Assembly (NCBI RefSeq): GCF_001457595.1
Contig: NZ_LN831039.1
Location: 60,001-92,000, forward strand
DNA from: Mycolicibacterium smegmatis
GTDB lineage: Bacteria; Actinomycetota; Actinomycetes; Mycobacteriales; Mycobacteriaceae
Reading direction: 5' to 3'
DNA: 32,000 bases
Both the position numbers and the translations under genes were made by a program. Position 1 is the first letter of the stretch, and each line of letters starts with the position of its first letter. The notes beneath the pieces were generated by a model, which had not been told where the DNA came from, ran no database searches, and worked only from the letters and a program-made list of their open reading frames with translations. Below are positions 8,797 through 17,018 of this stretch, piece by piece.

Positions 8797-9732
8797 TCAG
8801 TTCGCGTGGTGCACCGTCTCGAGGATCTCGTCGATCAGGCTCGGGGAGGGTGCGCCGGGAAAGCCCTGCTCCATCGAGACGATGAACATCACCGAACCCG
8901 GTTGCCCGTCGACCTTGGTGGCGACCATGGAGTGCAGCGCTTCCGGCGCCACGCACTCGTCGGTCTCGATGCCCGTCACGGTCGCGACGATCTGCACCGC
9001 GGGTTGCCCGTCGATGGTGAACTCGCGCGGGTCGCTCAATGAAACCTGAGGAACCACACCGTTCTTCGAGGTGAAGATGTCGTCGACGAGCTGGGACTCC
9101 AGCTGCACGGCCTCGTCGATGTCGTCGGTCTTGCTGGCACCGGGCACACCGGTGAGGACCCGTGCATGGTCGGGGCACTGCTTGTTGGGCAGCATGGCCG
9201 ACCCGCTCATGCTGCGCACGGGGCAGAAGCCGAACGGTCCCTCGGGGCAGGGCTTTTCCCAGCCGACCAGACTGGTGCAGCTGTTGACGGTCCAGTCCGG
9301 CGGCACGGCATAGTTCAGACCGCGCGGGCTCTCGACCGGGATCCACTGCGGGGGTGTGTCCGGTGTGCGTGCGGCCACCCTGCCTTCGCACGCGGGTTTC
9401 GCGGTCGTGGTGGGGGCTTGGGCGCCGGCAGTGTCCGGGGTGTCCGGCGCTGCCGACGTCGACGTCGTCGTCCCCGCGGCGTCAGTGTCGTCGTCGCCGC
9501 CGGAGGTGAACTTCCAGACCAGCCCACCGGCGACCAGCGCGATGATGACCACGCCTGCCAGGGCCGCGAGGATCCACGGAGTCTTGTTCGGTTTGGGTGG
9601 CTGGTGTGCGGGCGGCGCTTCTCCGTACCCGGACCAACCGGGGCCACCCCAGCCCGGGTACTGACCCGGATGTTGGCCCGGGTACTGCCCGCCGGGCGGC
9701 CATGGCGGTGGAGGTGGCGGTGGACCCGTCAC
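8797..9732 (-). CDS. Mycobacterial proline-rich single-pass (type II-like) membrane protein, function unknown
   Basis: GTG start; MTGPPPPPPPWPPGGQYPGQHPGQ... then NKTPWILAALAGVVIIALVAGGLVWKF, then a Thr/Ser/Ala-rich linker and globular domain with paired cysteines. Confidence 0.8.
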   Translation of the reverse strand: MTGPPPPPPPWPPGGQYPGQHPGQYPGWGGPGWSGYGEAPPAHQPPKPNKTPWILAALAGVVIIALVAGGLVWKFTSGGDDDTDAAGTTTSTSAAPDTPDTAGAQAPTTTAKPACEGRVAARTPDTPPQWIPVESPRGLNYAVPPDWTVNSCTSLVGWEKPCPEGPFGFCPVRSMSGSAMLPNKQCPDHARVLTGVPGASKTDDIDEAVQLESQLVDDIFTSKNGVVPQVSLSDPREFTIDGQPAVQIVATVTGIETDECVAPEALHSMVATKVDGQPGSVMFIVSMEQGFPGAPSPSLIDEILETVHHAN

Positions 9733-9878
9733 AGAAGGGCTCTCGTCAAGGCACTCATCGACACCACGTCCCCTCCTCTGCCGTGTGTGGCTGATTATAG
9801 GGATCGCCGGGTACCAGCTGTGATCCGCGCCGCAGGCGCCGCATATGGTGGGCGCACCGAGCAGAGAGGTGCTGATGC

Positions 9879-10382
9879 GTGGGTAAGAACGAGCGCACGA
9901 AGATCGTGATGTCCGACGAGGAGATCGCCGAATTCGTCGAGCGGAGTCGCACGGCGACCATGGCCACCGTATTGCCCGACGGCAGGCCGCATCTGGTGGC
10001 GATGTGGTACGCGGTGGTGGACGGCGAGATCTGGTTCGAGACCAAGGCCAAGTCCCAGAAGGCCGTCAACCTGCGTCGCGATCCGACGGTCACCGTCCTC
10101 ATCGAGGACGGCCACACCTACGACACCCTGCGGGGCGTGTCGATCGACGGCACCGCCGAGATCGTGGACGACCCGGAAACGCTTCTGCGCGTGGGCATCA
10201 GCGTGTGGGAGCGGTACACCGGTCCTTACACCGAAGAGATGCGGCCCTACGTCGACCAGATGATGAACAACCGCATCGCGGTGCGCGTCGTCCCCGGCCG
10301 TACCCGCAGCTGGGATCACCGCAAGCTGGGTATGCCCGCGATGCCGTTGGGCGGCAGCACCGCGCAGTACCTGAACTCGTGA
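9879..10382 (+). CDS. PPOX-class (pyridoxamine-phosphate-oxidase-like fold, possibly F420-dependent) oxidoreductase
   Basis: GTG start; EFVERSRTATMATVLPDGRPHLVAMWYAVVDGEIWFETKAKSQKAVNLRRDPTVTVLIEDG. Confidence 0.85.
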   Translation: MGKNERTKIVMSDEEIAEFVERSRTATMATVLPDGRPHLVAMWYAVVDGEIWFETKAKSQKAVNLRRDPTVTVLIEDGHTYDTLRGVSIDGTAEIVDDPETLLRVGISVWERYTGPYTEEMRPYVDQMMNNRIAVRVVPGRTRSWDHRKLGMPAMPLGGSTAQYLNS

Positions 10383-10383
10383 G

Positions 10384-11349
10384 TCAGCCGGCGGGGTTGG
10401 GCCGCGGTTTGAGCCTGCCGTTGGGCAGGGGCGGGGCGGGAAGGCGCGACAGCGCGCCGGTGTAACCGGACACGGCGCCGAAACGCGCGTCGTGTTCCTG
10501 CCATAGCTCGCGGTAGGCCGCGATGTCGTCGTGGCTGCGGCCTACGAAGTTCCACCACATCACGAGTTCCTCGTCGAAGGGCGGGCCGCCGAGCAGGATC
10601 ACCCGCGCCGGGCCCGTCCCGGTGTTGGCGAGGTGCAGTTCGTGACAGCCGGGGCGTTGATAGGCCAGATCGGCGACCGCGAGCGGGGTGCCCGCGACCT
10701 CGACCACGCCGCGGTCCAGGAGCACGCCGTGTTCGAACGTCGCGTCGACATCGAGCGTCAGTTCGGAGCCGGGCGCAAGGTCGATCTGCGCACCGAGCAG
10801 CGGTGTGAATGTGTGCACCGGCGAGCGGGAGTCGCCCAGCTCACCGAGGAACACCCGCAGAGTCGACGAGCCGATCACCCGCGGGGTCGGGGCGTAGTGC
10901 GCGAAGTCGCGGTCGGTGTCGCGTGCGTCATCGGGCAACGCGACCCACAACTGGACGCCGTGCAGGACCGAGGCCGCCTTGGTCGACACCTCGGAGTGGC
11001 AGATGCCCGAGCCCGCGGTCATGAGGTTGAGTTCGCCCGGACGCACCATCGCATGCACGCCACCGCTGTCGCGATGCTCGATCTCGCCGGCGAAAAGCCA
11101 ACTGACGGTCTGTAATCCGGTGTGGGGGTGGGGTGGCACATCCATACCCGGACCGCTGCGCACATCGTGCGGGCCGTAATGGTCGGCGAAACACCACGCA
11201 CCGATCAGGGTCCGGTCCCGCTGTGGCAACGTCCGTCGTACCGCGATCGCACGGGGACCGCCGAGCGGAACCTCGCGCGCGTGCAGGACCCCGGTGAACC
11301 CCGAAGGCCCACAGGTGACCTCGGAAGGTGCGACGTCGGTGTTGCTCAT
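10384..11349 (-). CDS. Pirin family protein
   Basis: RSGPGMDVPPHPHTGLQTVSWLFAGEIEHRDSGGVHAMVRPGELNLMTAGSGICHSE is the canonical pirin metal-binding cupin. Confidence 0.93.
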   Translation of the reverse strand: MSNTDVAPSEVTCGPSGFTGVLHAREVPLGGPRAIAVRRTLPQRDRTLIGAWCFADHYGPHDVRSGPGMDVPPHPHTGLQTVSWLFAGEIEHRDSGGVHAMVRPGELNLMTAGSGICHSEVSTKAASVLHGVQLWVALPDDARDTDRDFAHYAPTPRVIGSSTLRVFLGELGDSRSPVHTFTPLLGAQIDLAPGSELTLDVDATFEHGVLLDRGVVEVAGTPLAVADLAYQRPGCHELHLANTGTGPARVILLGGPPFDEELVMWWNFVGRSHDDIAAYRELWQEHDARFGAVSGYTGALSRLPAPPLPNGRLKPRPNPAG

Positions 11350-11393
11350 CGGTCCACCGTAATCGGCTTCGGCGGTACCGGCCGCTGGCTAGC

Positions 11394-11660
11394 ATGAGCG
11401 CCATGAGCCGCGTCGTGAGCGCCGATGACGTCCGCACTGTCGAGTTCGCGAAGCCGCCGATCGGCAAGCGTGGCTACGACAAGAAGTCGGTCGACGACTT
11501 TCTGCAGCTCGTGGCGCGCCGGCTCGAGGGCCGCGGTCATCTGAGCGCCGACGACGTCCGCCATATCGCGTTCCCGAAGCCGCCGGTCTTCCAGCGGGGG
11601 TACAGCGAGGATGAGGTGGATGCGCTGCTCGACGACGTGGTGGCCACGCTCGAGCGCTGA
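11394..11660 (+). CDS. Small DivIVA-motif protein with two tandem DivIVA-like repeats
   Basis: 88 aa: SADDVRTVEFAKPPIGKRGYDKKSVDDFLQLVARRLE and SADDVRHIAFPKPPVFQRGYSEDEVDALLDDVVATLE. Confidence 0.82.
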   Translation: MSAMSRVVSADDVRTVEFAKPPIGKRGYDKKSVDDFLQLVARRLEGRGHLSADDVRHIAFPKPPVFQRGYSEDEVDALLDDVVATLER

Positions 11661-11724
11661 AGTCGGGGGACGGTGCCGTCAGTGCGCCTCTCGGCGAGTG
11701 GTCGCTCGCAGCGACGAAGTGGAT

Positions 11725-11780
11725 GGGGCCCGGGGCATGCCCGGCACCGTCGGAAGATGTAACGGGATACCCCGGGCCCC
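11725..11780. repeat. Perfect 11-bp inverted repeat GGGGCCCGGGG / CCCCGGGCCCC, 34-nt loop
   Basis: Left arm 11725..11735, right arm 11770..11780, in a convergent intergenic gap. Confidence 0.75.
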
Positions 11781-11796
11781 TATTCCCCCTCATGTC

Positions 11797-11837
11797 GCTC
11801 TCGCGCCGCCGTCCCCTCGAACCGGCGGCGAGAGAGC
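11797..11837. terminator. Strong hairpin between convergent genes, candidate terminator for whiB6 and/or the divIVA-like gene
   Basis: GCTCTCGCGCCGCCG (11797..11811) versus CGGCGGCGAGAGAGC (11823..11837): 14/15 pairs, 11-nt loop; ends 11 nt from the whiB6 stop codon. No U-tract. Confidence 0.6.
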
Positions 11838-11848
11838 ACAGGATCACG

Positions 11849-12142
11849 TCAGGCGGCGTCCGGGAAGATCAGTTTGGTCTTGCGGACCGGGTAGCCGTTG
11901 CGCTCGGCCAGCGAACGAAGCTGCTTGAGCGCGAAGGTCCGGCCACGGCCGCTCTCGGGGACCATGATGCCGGCCCACAGGCCCTCGGCCCGGGGAAGCT
12001 CGCAGGCCTCGCGGGCGCAGAGCCAGCGGCGCGGGCATTCGCGGCAGATGACCTTTGCCTGCGCGTCCGGGGCGGACGTCCACCGCTCGGGGTCGCTGGT
12101 GCACACGCCGAGCGGAATTCCGTTGGTCATCAGTGCAGTCAT
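11849..12142 (-). CDS. whiB6: WhiB-family Fe-S transcriptional regulator WhiB6
   Basis: MTALMTNGIPLGVCTSDPERWTSAPDAQAKVICRECPRRWLCAREACELPRAEGLWAGIMVPE: C...CxxC...C WhiB ligands; adjacent to the ESX-1 locus and divergent from espM. Confidence 0.93.
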   Translation of the reverse strand: MTALMTNGIPLGVCTSDPERWTSAPDAQAKVICRECPRRWLCAREACELPRAEGLWAGIMVPESGRGRTFALKQLRSLAERNGYPVRKTKLIFPDAA

Positions 12143-12340
12143 GCTGTTGCTCCTGTTAGGACTTCGTTGCGGTGTGTACCGCGTTGGCCAGAACGCTATA
12201 GCAACAACCGTAGCGATGCAACAGTTTGATTTGAAGCGGCAGCGCGTGCTGCTACGGAATTTTGCGTTGGTAACAACACATGACCACCTGCGAAAAGCGT
12301 GAGCTCGATAAAAGCGCACGTCAGAGACCTTCACATAGCG

Positions 12341-12366
12341 CACGGAGGTTCCGTAGCGTCTCCGTG
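12341..12366. promoter_or_regulatory. Inverted repeat in the whiB6-espM divergent promoter region, candidate regulator site
   Basis: CACGGAG (12341..12347) / CTCCGTG (12360..12366), 12-nt spacer. Confidence 0.45.
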
Positions 12367-12525
12367 GTTTCGCACGCGACAATTATGTAGCACTGGTGCG
12401 GTTTGCTGGAACGTGACCAAAACCGAGGCGTAGCGGTGCTGCGGTACCGGGTTAGGATTAGTGCGTCCAACAGGCCGCCGGAGGTGGCCCGGCTCAACAG
12501 ATTCACCAGCGAGGAACCATCGGAG

Positions 12526-13302
12526 ATGACCGACGCGGAGTTCGACCTCGCCACGGGTGAATTCGATGTCGGCCTCGTGCGCGCAGGCGCCGCGGCCGCG
12601 GCCCGGCGACGTGAACTCGACATCAGTCAGCGCAGTCTCGCCGCCGACGGCATCATCAACGCCGGGGCCCTCATCGCGTTCGAAAAAGGCCGGAGTTGGC
12701 CACGCGAGCGAACTCGCCTGAAGCTCGAAGAGGTGCTGCGCTGGCCGCCAGGAACCATCGCGCGGCTACGCCAGGGCGGCTCGGTGCCCACGACGTCCGC
12801 GCCCGTCGCCCCGCCCCCTCCCCCCGAACCCGCCGCGGCTCCCGCACCGGTCACCTCCGTCCCCGCGGCCGACGAGGTCCCGCTGATCGCGCAGGCAGTG
12901 CTCACGGCGGTCCACACGCTCGAGACGACGATCAACGCGATGCCGCCCGAGAGCGACCCGGACTTCGTGCCGCGCGTGACGGCGATCCTCGGTGATCTGC
13001 GCCAACTGGAGGCGGTCGCGTCACGCGCCGCCCGGATCAGCATGGTGACCCCGCCCCTGATCAAGGCGCTGAGCGCGGTGCGCCGCCAGATCGACGAGCT
13101 GACGATGCGCGCCGCCAACGCGCCGGGCGCGACGCTGGGCCAGCGGCTGTACGCCGCGCGACGTCAGGCGAACCTGACCGTCGCCGAAACCGCCCAGGCC
13201 GCAGGCGTTTCCGAGGATGCCATCGCCCGCACCGAGGCCGAGTACCCGGTGGACGCGGCGGCCGTGCACGCCATCGAGGCGCTCATCGACTCGCTGCGCT
13301 GA
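12526..13302 (+). CDS. espM: EspM-like (Rv3863-like) transcription factor with two HTH-like segments
   Basis: N-terminal RRRELDISQRSLAADGIINAGALIAFEKGRSWPRERTRLKLEEVL and C-terminal LGQRLYAARRQANLTVAETAQAAGVSEDAIARTEA; position divergent from whiB6 and near espE. Confidence 0.7.
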   Translation: MTDAEFDLATGEFDVGLVRAGAAAAARRRELDISQRSLAADGIINAGALIAFEKGRSWPRERTRLKLEEVLRWPPGTIARLRQGGSVPTTSAPVAPPPPPEPAAAPAPVTSVPAADEVPLIAQAVLTAVHTLETTINAMPPESDPDFVPRVTAILGDLRQLEAVASRAARISMVTPPLIKALSAVRRQIDELTMRAANAPGATLGQRLYAARRQANLTVAETAQAAGVSEDAIARTEAEYPVDAAAVHAIEALIDSLR

Positions 13303-13303
13303 A

Positions 13304-14692
13304 TCAGGTCCGCTCGCGCGTGTGGTCGTCGCTCGTAGGGAAGTGGTCGGCCAGCGCTGCCGCGACCTCGAGGAACTTGCGACGCACCTTCGGTGACATC
13401 TCCTGGATGTCGACCACGCCACCGGGCCGCAGGTGCCCGTCGAACGGGATCTCCACCACCGCCTGACCCTGCCCGGCGAACTGGTTGAGCAGGATCGAGC
13501 GCGTGCGCTTGTCGGCGTGGCCGTCGGAGTCGTTGAGCACCACCACCGTGCGCTGCAGCAGGCGTGTCATGCCGTTCGCCGAGAGCCAGTCCAGGGTCTG
13601 GCCCGCCGTCGCGGCGCCGTCCACCCACGGCGAGGACACCACGATCAGCGCATCGAGATCACGCAGAACCTCTTGTGTCACCGGGGAATCCATGGTGGAG
13701 CTGCAGTCCACCACCGAGATCGAGAAGTGCTTGTCCAGGCGCGTGACGGCCTCGCGGTAGATCGCGGCATCGAGAACCCGGCGCCGCGCCGGGGTCGACT
13801 CGCCGGCCAGCACGAACAGGCCCGCAGAGTTGTTCCCCACACGGCTGCGCACATCGGCGAAGGTCTCGAGGTTCTTGTCGGAGGTGAGTTCCCAGTACGA
13901 GCCGTGTGCGCGCGGATCGACCCGGCTGCCCAACTTGCCGAAAGACGTGTCGGCGTCGATCGCGACCACGCGGTCGTCCTGGCGCAGATGGGCGAAGATC
14001 GAACCGATCGTGGCCGACACCGTGGTCTTGCCGACCCCGCCCTTGCCCATCACGCCGATCTTGTAGTGCCCGCGCAGCACGCCTCTGATCTTGGCTTCCA
14101 GCTCGGCCTGGCGCAGCTCCTCGGCCGACGGGCCGGGGTTCACCAGCCCGAAGGTCGCGCGGTAGACCAGCAGTCGCCATCCGCCTGACGGTGGTTGCCG
14201 TTTCGGCGGGACCAGGTCACTCGCGCGGATGCGGTCGGCGTAGGACTGCGGCGGGCCCGGCGGCACGTGCGGAGGCTGGCCGGGACCACCCCCGAATCCG
14301 CCGGCCTGCGGCCACGGCTGGTTACCCGGCGGTGGGCCGTATTGGGGAGCGTTCCAGCCCGGCACTCGCTGCTCCCAGGGATCCGGCCGCGGGTGCAGCG
14401 CCGACGGCGGCGGCGGAGGCGGCGGCTGACTGGGTTGTTGTGGTGGTGACGGCTGGGTCGGTTCGCGGAACGTGGTGCGTGCGCGTTCGGCGTCGGGATC
14501 GGCCGGGACGCGGTCCTCGGCGTCCGGGTTCACCGGATTCGGCGGAGTCGGGGAGACCGGCGGTCGACCGGGTATCGACGGCGGTTCGGGCCGGAGGGTG
14601 GGCCGCGTCGGGCCCGTATCCGGTTCGAAGTCGTCTTCCTCGGGCCCCGTCCAGCCAAGCTCTCTACGTAGCGTGTCGTCGGGGTCGGCCAC
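13304..14692 (-). CDS. MinD/ParA-like ATPase with proline-rich N-terminus (EspI paralogue; Rv3860-like)
   Basis: HYKIGVMGKGGVGKTTVSATIGSIFAHLRQDDRVVAIDAD; SISVVDCSSTMDSPVTQEVLRDLDALIVVSSPWVDGAATAGQTLDWL. Closely parallels EspI in this window. Confidence 0.85.
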   Translation of the reverse strand: MADPDDTLRRELGWTGPEEDDFEPDTGPTRPTLRPEPPSIPGRPPVSPTPPNPVNPDAEDRVPADPDAERARTTFREPTQPSPPQQPSQPPPPPPPSALHPRPDPWEQRVPGWNAPQYGPPPGNQPWPQAGGFGGGPGQPPHVPPGPPQSYADRIRASDLVPPKRQPPSGGWRLLVYRATFGLVNPGPSAEELRQAELEAKIRGVLRGHYKIGVMGKGGVGKTTVSATIGSIFAHLRQDDRVVAIDADTSFGKLGSRVDPRAHGSYWELTSDKNLETFADVRSRVGNNSAGLFVLAGESTPARRRVLDAAIYREAVTRLDKHFSISVVDCSSTMDSPVTQEVLRDLDALIVVSSPWVDGAATAGQTLDWLSANGMTRLLQRTVVVLNDSDGHADKRTRSILLNQFAGQGQAVVEIPFDGHLRPGGVVDIQEMSPKVRRKFLEVAAALADHFPTSDDHTRERT

Positions 14693-15083
14693 GACTAAAT
14701 CTCCTCCGGAAAACAGACGACGAGAAACTCAGACCGCCCTCAAGTATCAACTACAACACCAGCAGCGCGCATGGCCCATACACGGCGCGTCTGCAGCAAA
14801 CCATATTCGCCTCGCGTACCGCCGGGGTGGCAATGGCAATCCCGCGCAGCAGGCGGCGCCTGTCGCGCCCTCGGCATGCTGTCGACCCGCGGCCACGCGA
14901 TGTTGCCCCTCGCGCGGGTGCGTACGTATTCGGTCTGGGTCAGGAAAGTCTCTGACGTGCGCAAAAGAGGCGCAACCGGCTGCGACTCGTGCTCGGTCAA
15001 AGCGCTACTGCGAGGCCGAAATTGGTGCGCGGAAGGGGTCGTGACCGCTGGTAATCTCTGATCCGGCGGAGGGGATACCAGGC

Positions 15084-16661
15084 ATGGGAGTGCTCAGCGA
15101 TGTCGCCGATTTCGGCAAAGACGTCATCGACGATCGTGACAAGTGGGCGGACCGATTCAAGAAGGTCGGCCATTTCATCGAGCGCAATGCGAAAGGCGAT
15201 CGGCTCGAGCGCGTCGCGAAGTTCGGACGTGCATTGGGCGATTTCAGCGGTAAGTTCACCGACTTCTTCGAGTCGAACCTGGGCAAGCGAATGGTCAAGG
15301 CCGCACGCTCACCGATCCTCGCGGCAGGGCAGCACGTCATCACCGGCATGAAACTGACCACAGGCGTCGGGGATCCCGAGAACGGCAGGCGGTTCGGTGA
15401 GGGAGCCGACCACATGAGCGCAGCCGGACGCACCCTCGACAGCGCATACCCCACGAGCGACTGGGACAGCGCGGCGTCAAATGCCTACCTGTCACAGAAC
15501 AGCGGTCAGGTGACCCGTGCCGAGGCGCTGGTCCATGCCGATCAGGTGGTCGCAGCCGTGTTGTCCCGCGAGGCCGAGCAGATCGCCACCACACGCGAGG
15601 TGCTCGACAGCGAGGCCGACTGGCTGGGTGACATGAGCCTTGTGACGATGGCGACCGGGCTCATCCCGTACGTGGGCCGCGCCGCTCAGACCGCGGCCGA
15701 GATCGCGATGGTCACCAAGGCCGTCGGTGCGTCGACCGACCAGTTCATGATGATGCGCGACAAGGCAGACGAGAACGCCGCCGAGGTGCGCGACGCCATC
15801 GGGAAGTACGAGGCGGTGGCCGGTGATGCCGACGACACGACGGCCGACGACACGGCCGGCGACGCGCCCGAGTCCGAACCCACCGCGGCAGAAGACTCGA
15901 GCGAGACGTCGAAAGAAGACGGCCAATTGCGGCACGAGAACCCGGTCGCTGCGCCCAGCGGTGGTGGAGGCGGTGCCACCAGCGGCGGTGGTGGCGGCGC
16001 GCCCTCGTCGGCGTCCTCCGCAGGTCCGGCCGGCACGCCGCAGGTCCCGTCGCCGCCAGGGTTCGGTGCTGCGAATACGCCGACGGACGCGCAGCCGGGT
16101 GCGGCCGCCGCGAGCGACGCAGCAGGCATGCTCGGCTCGGTGATGGGCGCGATGCTGGGACCCCTCGGTGGAATTGTCGGCGGCGTCGTGCAGGCGGCGG
16201 GACAGGCGGTCCAGGCCGCGACGCAGGCCGGTGCACAAGCCGCGCAGCTCGCAGGCCAAGCGGCCGCGGCCCCAGATGTCGACCGCGCCGACACCGACGA
16301 AGACACCGACAAGGACCCAGACGTCAAAGGCGACAAAGACAGCGACAAACGCGACGGCGAGGGCAAAGAAGACGGCACCGCGCAGCGCGATCGGGAAAGT
16401 ACCGACGCAATGGCCGCTGACGACGACGATCGGAACGCTCACCCGCAAGCGGGTTCGGGCACTGATTCCGCTGGCGAAGACGACAAAAAGCCCGCGATGA
16501 CGTTGCCGCCGGATCTGCAGGCGGCGTCGGCGCTCGACACGGGCGCCGGGCCTGCGCCGGTGCACGTCGGTGCAGATTTCGAGCACAGCCAGCTACGCAC
16601 CGTGGCGGCGGCTACATTAGACCACGGTATTCCCGGGTCTGCGGCCGCGCGCGGTGCGTGA
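15084..16661 (+). CDS. espE: ESX-1 secretion-associated protein EspE
   Basis: 525 aa MGVLSDVADFGKDVIDDRDKWADRFKKVGHFIERNAKGDRLERV...; position upstream of espF-espG1-espH; acidic/Lys-rich C-terminal tail. Confidence 0.9.
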   Translation: MGVLSDVADFGKDVIDDRDKWADRFKKVGHFIERNAKGDRLERVAKFGRALGDFSGKFTDFFESNLGKRMVKAARSPILAAGQHVITGMKLTTGVGDPENGRRFGEGADHMSAAGRTLDSAYPTSDWDSAASNAYLSQNSGQVTRAEALVHADQVVAAVLSREAEQIATTREVLDSEADWLGDMSLVTMATGLIPYVGRAAQTAAEIAMVTKAVGASTDQFMMMRDKADENAAEVRDAIGKYEAVAGDADDTTADDTAGDAPESEPTAAEDSSETSKEDGQLRHENPVAAPSGGGGGATSGGGGGAPSSASSAGPAGTPQVPSPPGFGAANTPTDAQPGAAAASDAAGMLGSVMGAMLGPLGGIVGGVVQAAGQAVQAATQAGAQAAQLAGQAAAAPDVDRADTDEDTDKDPDVKGDKDSDKRDGEGKEDGTAQRDRESTDAMAADDDDRNAHPQAGSGTDSAGEDDKKPAMTLPPDLQAASALDTGAGPAPVHVGADFEHSQLRTVAAATLDHGIPGSAAARGA

Positions 16662-16696
16662 GGATCCAAGGGAATGTCGGGGAATCGAGGGGATTC

Positions 16697-17014
16697 ATGT
16701 CTGACGATCTGCGGGTGACCACCGCACATCTACGTGAGCTGTCGGCCAAACAGGGGAGGGCCGCAGCCGAGCTTGCGACGGCCACTGCCGTCGTCGACGG
16801 TGTCGACACCGCGCTGCGCTTCACGCACGGCCCCATCTCGTGGGGTACCGCGGCCGCCGTCGAGGCGGTCCAGCACGCGCGTCGCGCCGCGGGAACCGGC
16901 ATGGTCAAGGTCTCGCAGGAACTCGAAACCAAACTGGACACCGCCGCGGGCCGGTACCACCGCACCGACTCGACGATGGGCGATGCCCTCGACGAAACCA
17001 TCCAGCCGAGGTAG
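16697..17014 (+). CDS. espF: ESX-1 secretion-associated protein EspF
   Basis: 105 aa MSDDLRVTTAHLRELSAKQGRAAAELATATAVVDGVDTALRFTHGPISWGTAA...RYHRTDSTMGDALDETIQPR; YxxxD motif. Confidence 0.9.
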   Translation: MSDDLRVTTAHLRELSAKQGRAAAELATATAVVDGVDTALRFTHGPISWGTAAAVEAVQHARRAAGTGMVKVSQELETKLDTAAGRYHRTDSTMGDALDETIQPR

Positions 17015-17018
17015 ATCA

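Noticed and set aside
8147-9391. 414-aa minus-strand ORF overlapping saeC and the neighbouring membrane-protein gene
   Set aside because: Conflicts with two supported CDSs; low-complexity Arg-rich translation.
11898-12302. 134-aa plus-strand ORF antisense to whiB6
   Set aside because: WhiB cysteine pattern clearly supports the minus strand; no evidence for the antisense product.
16658-16697. Upstream GTG start for espF giving MRIQGNVGESRGF before MSDD
   Set aside because: The internal ATG at 16697 has a better-placed purine-rich GAGGGG upstream and matches the expected EspF length.
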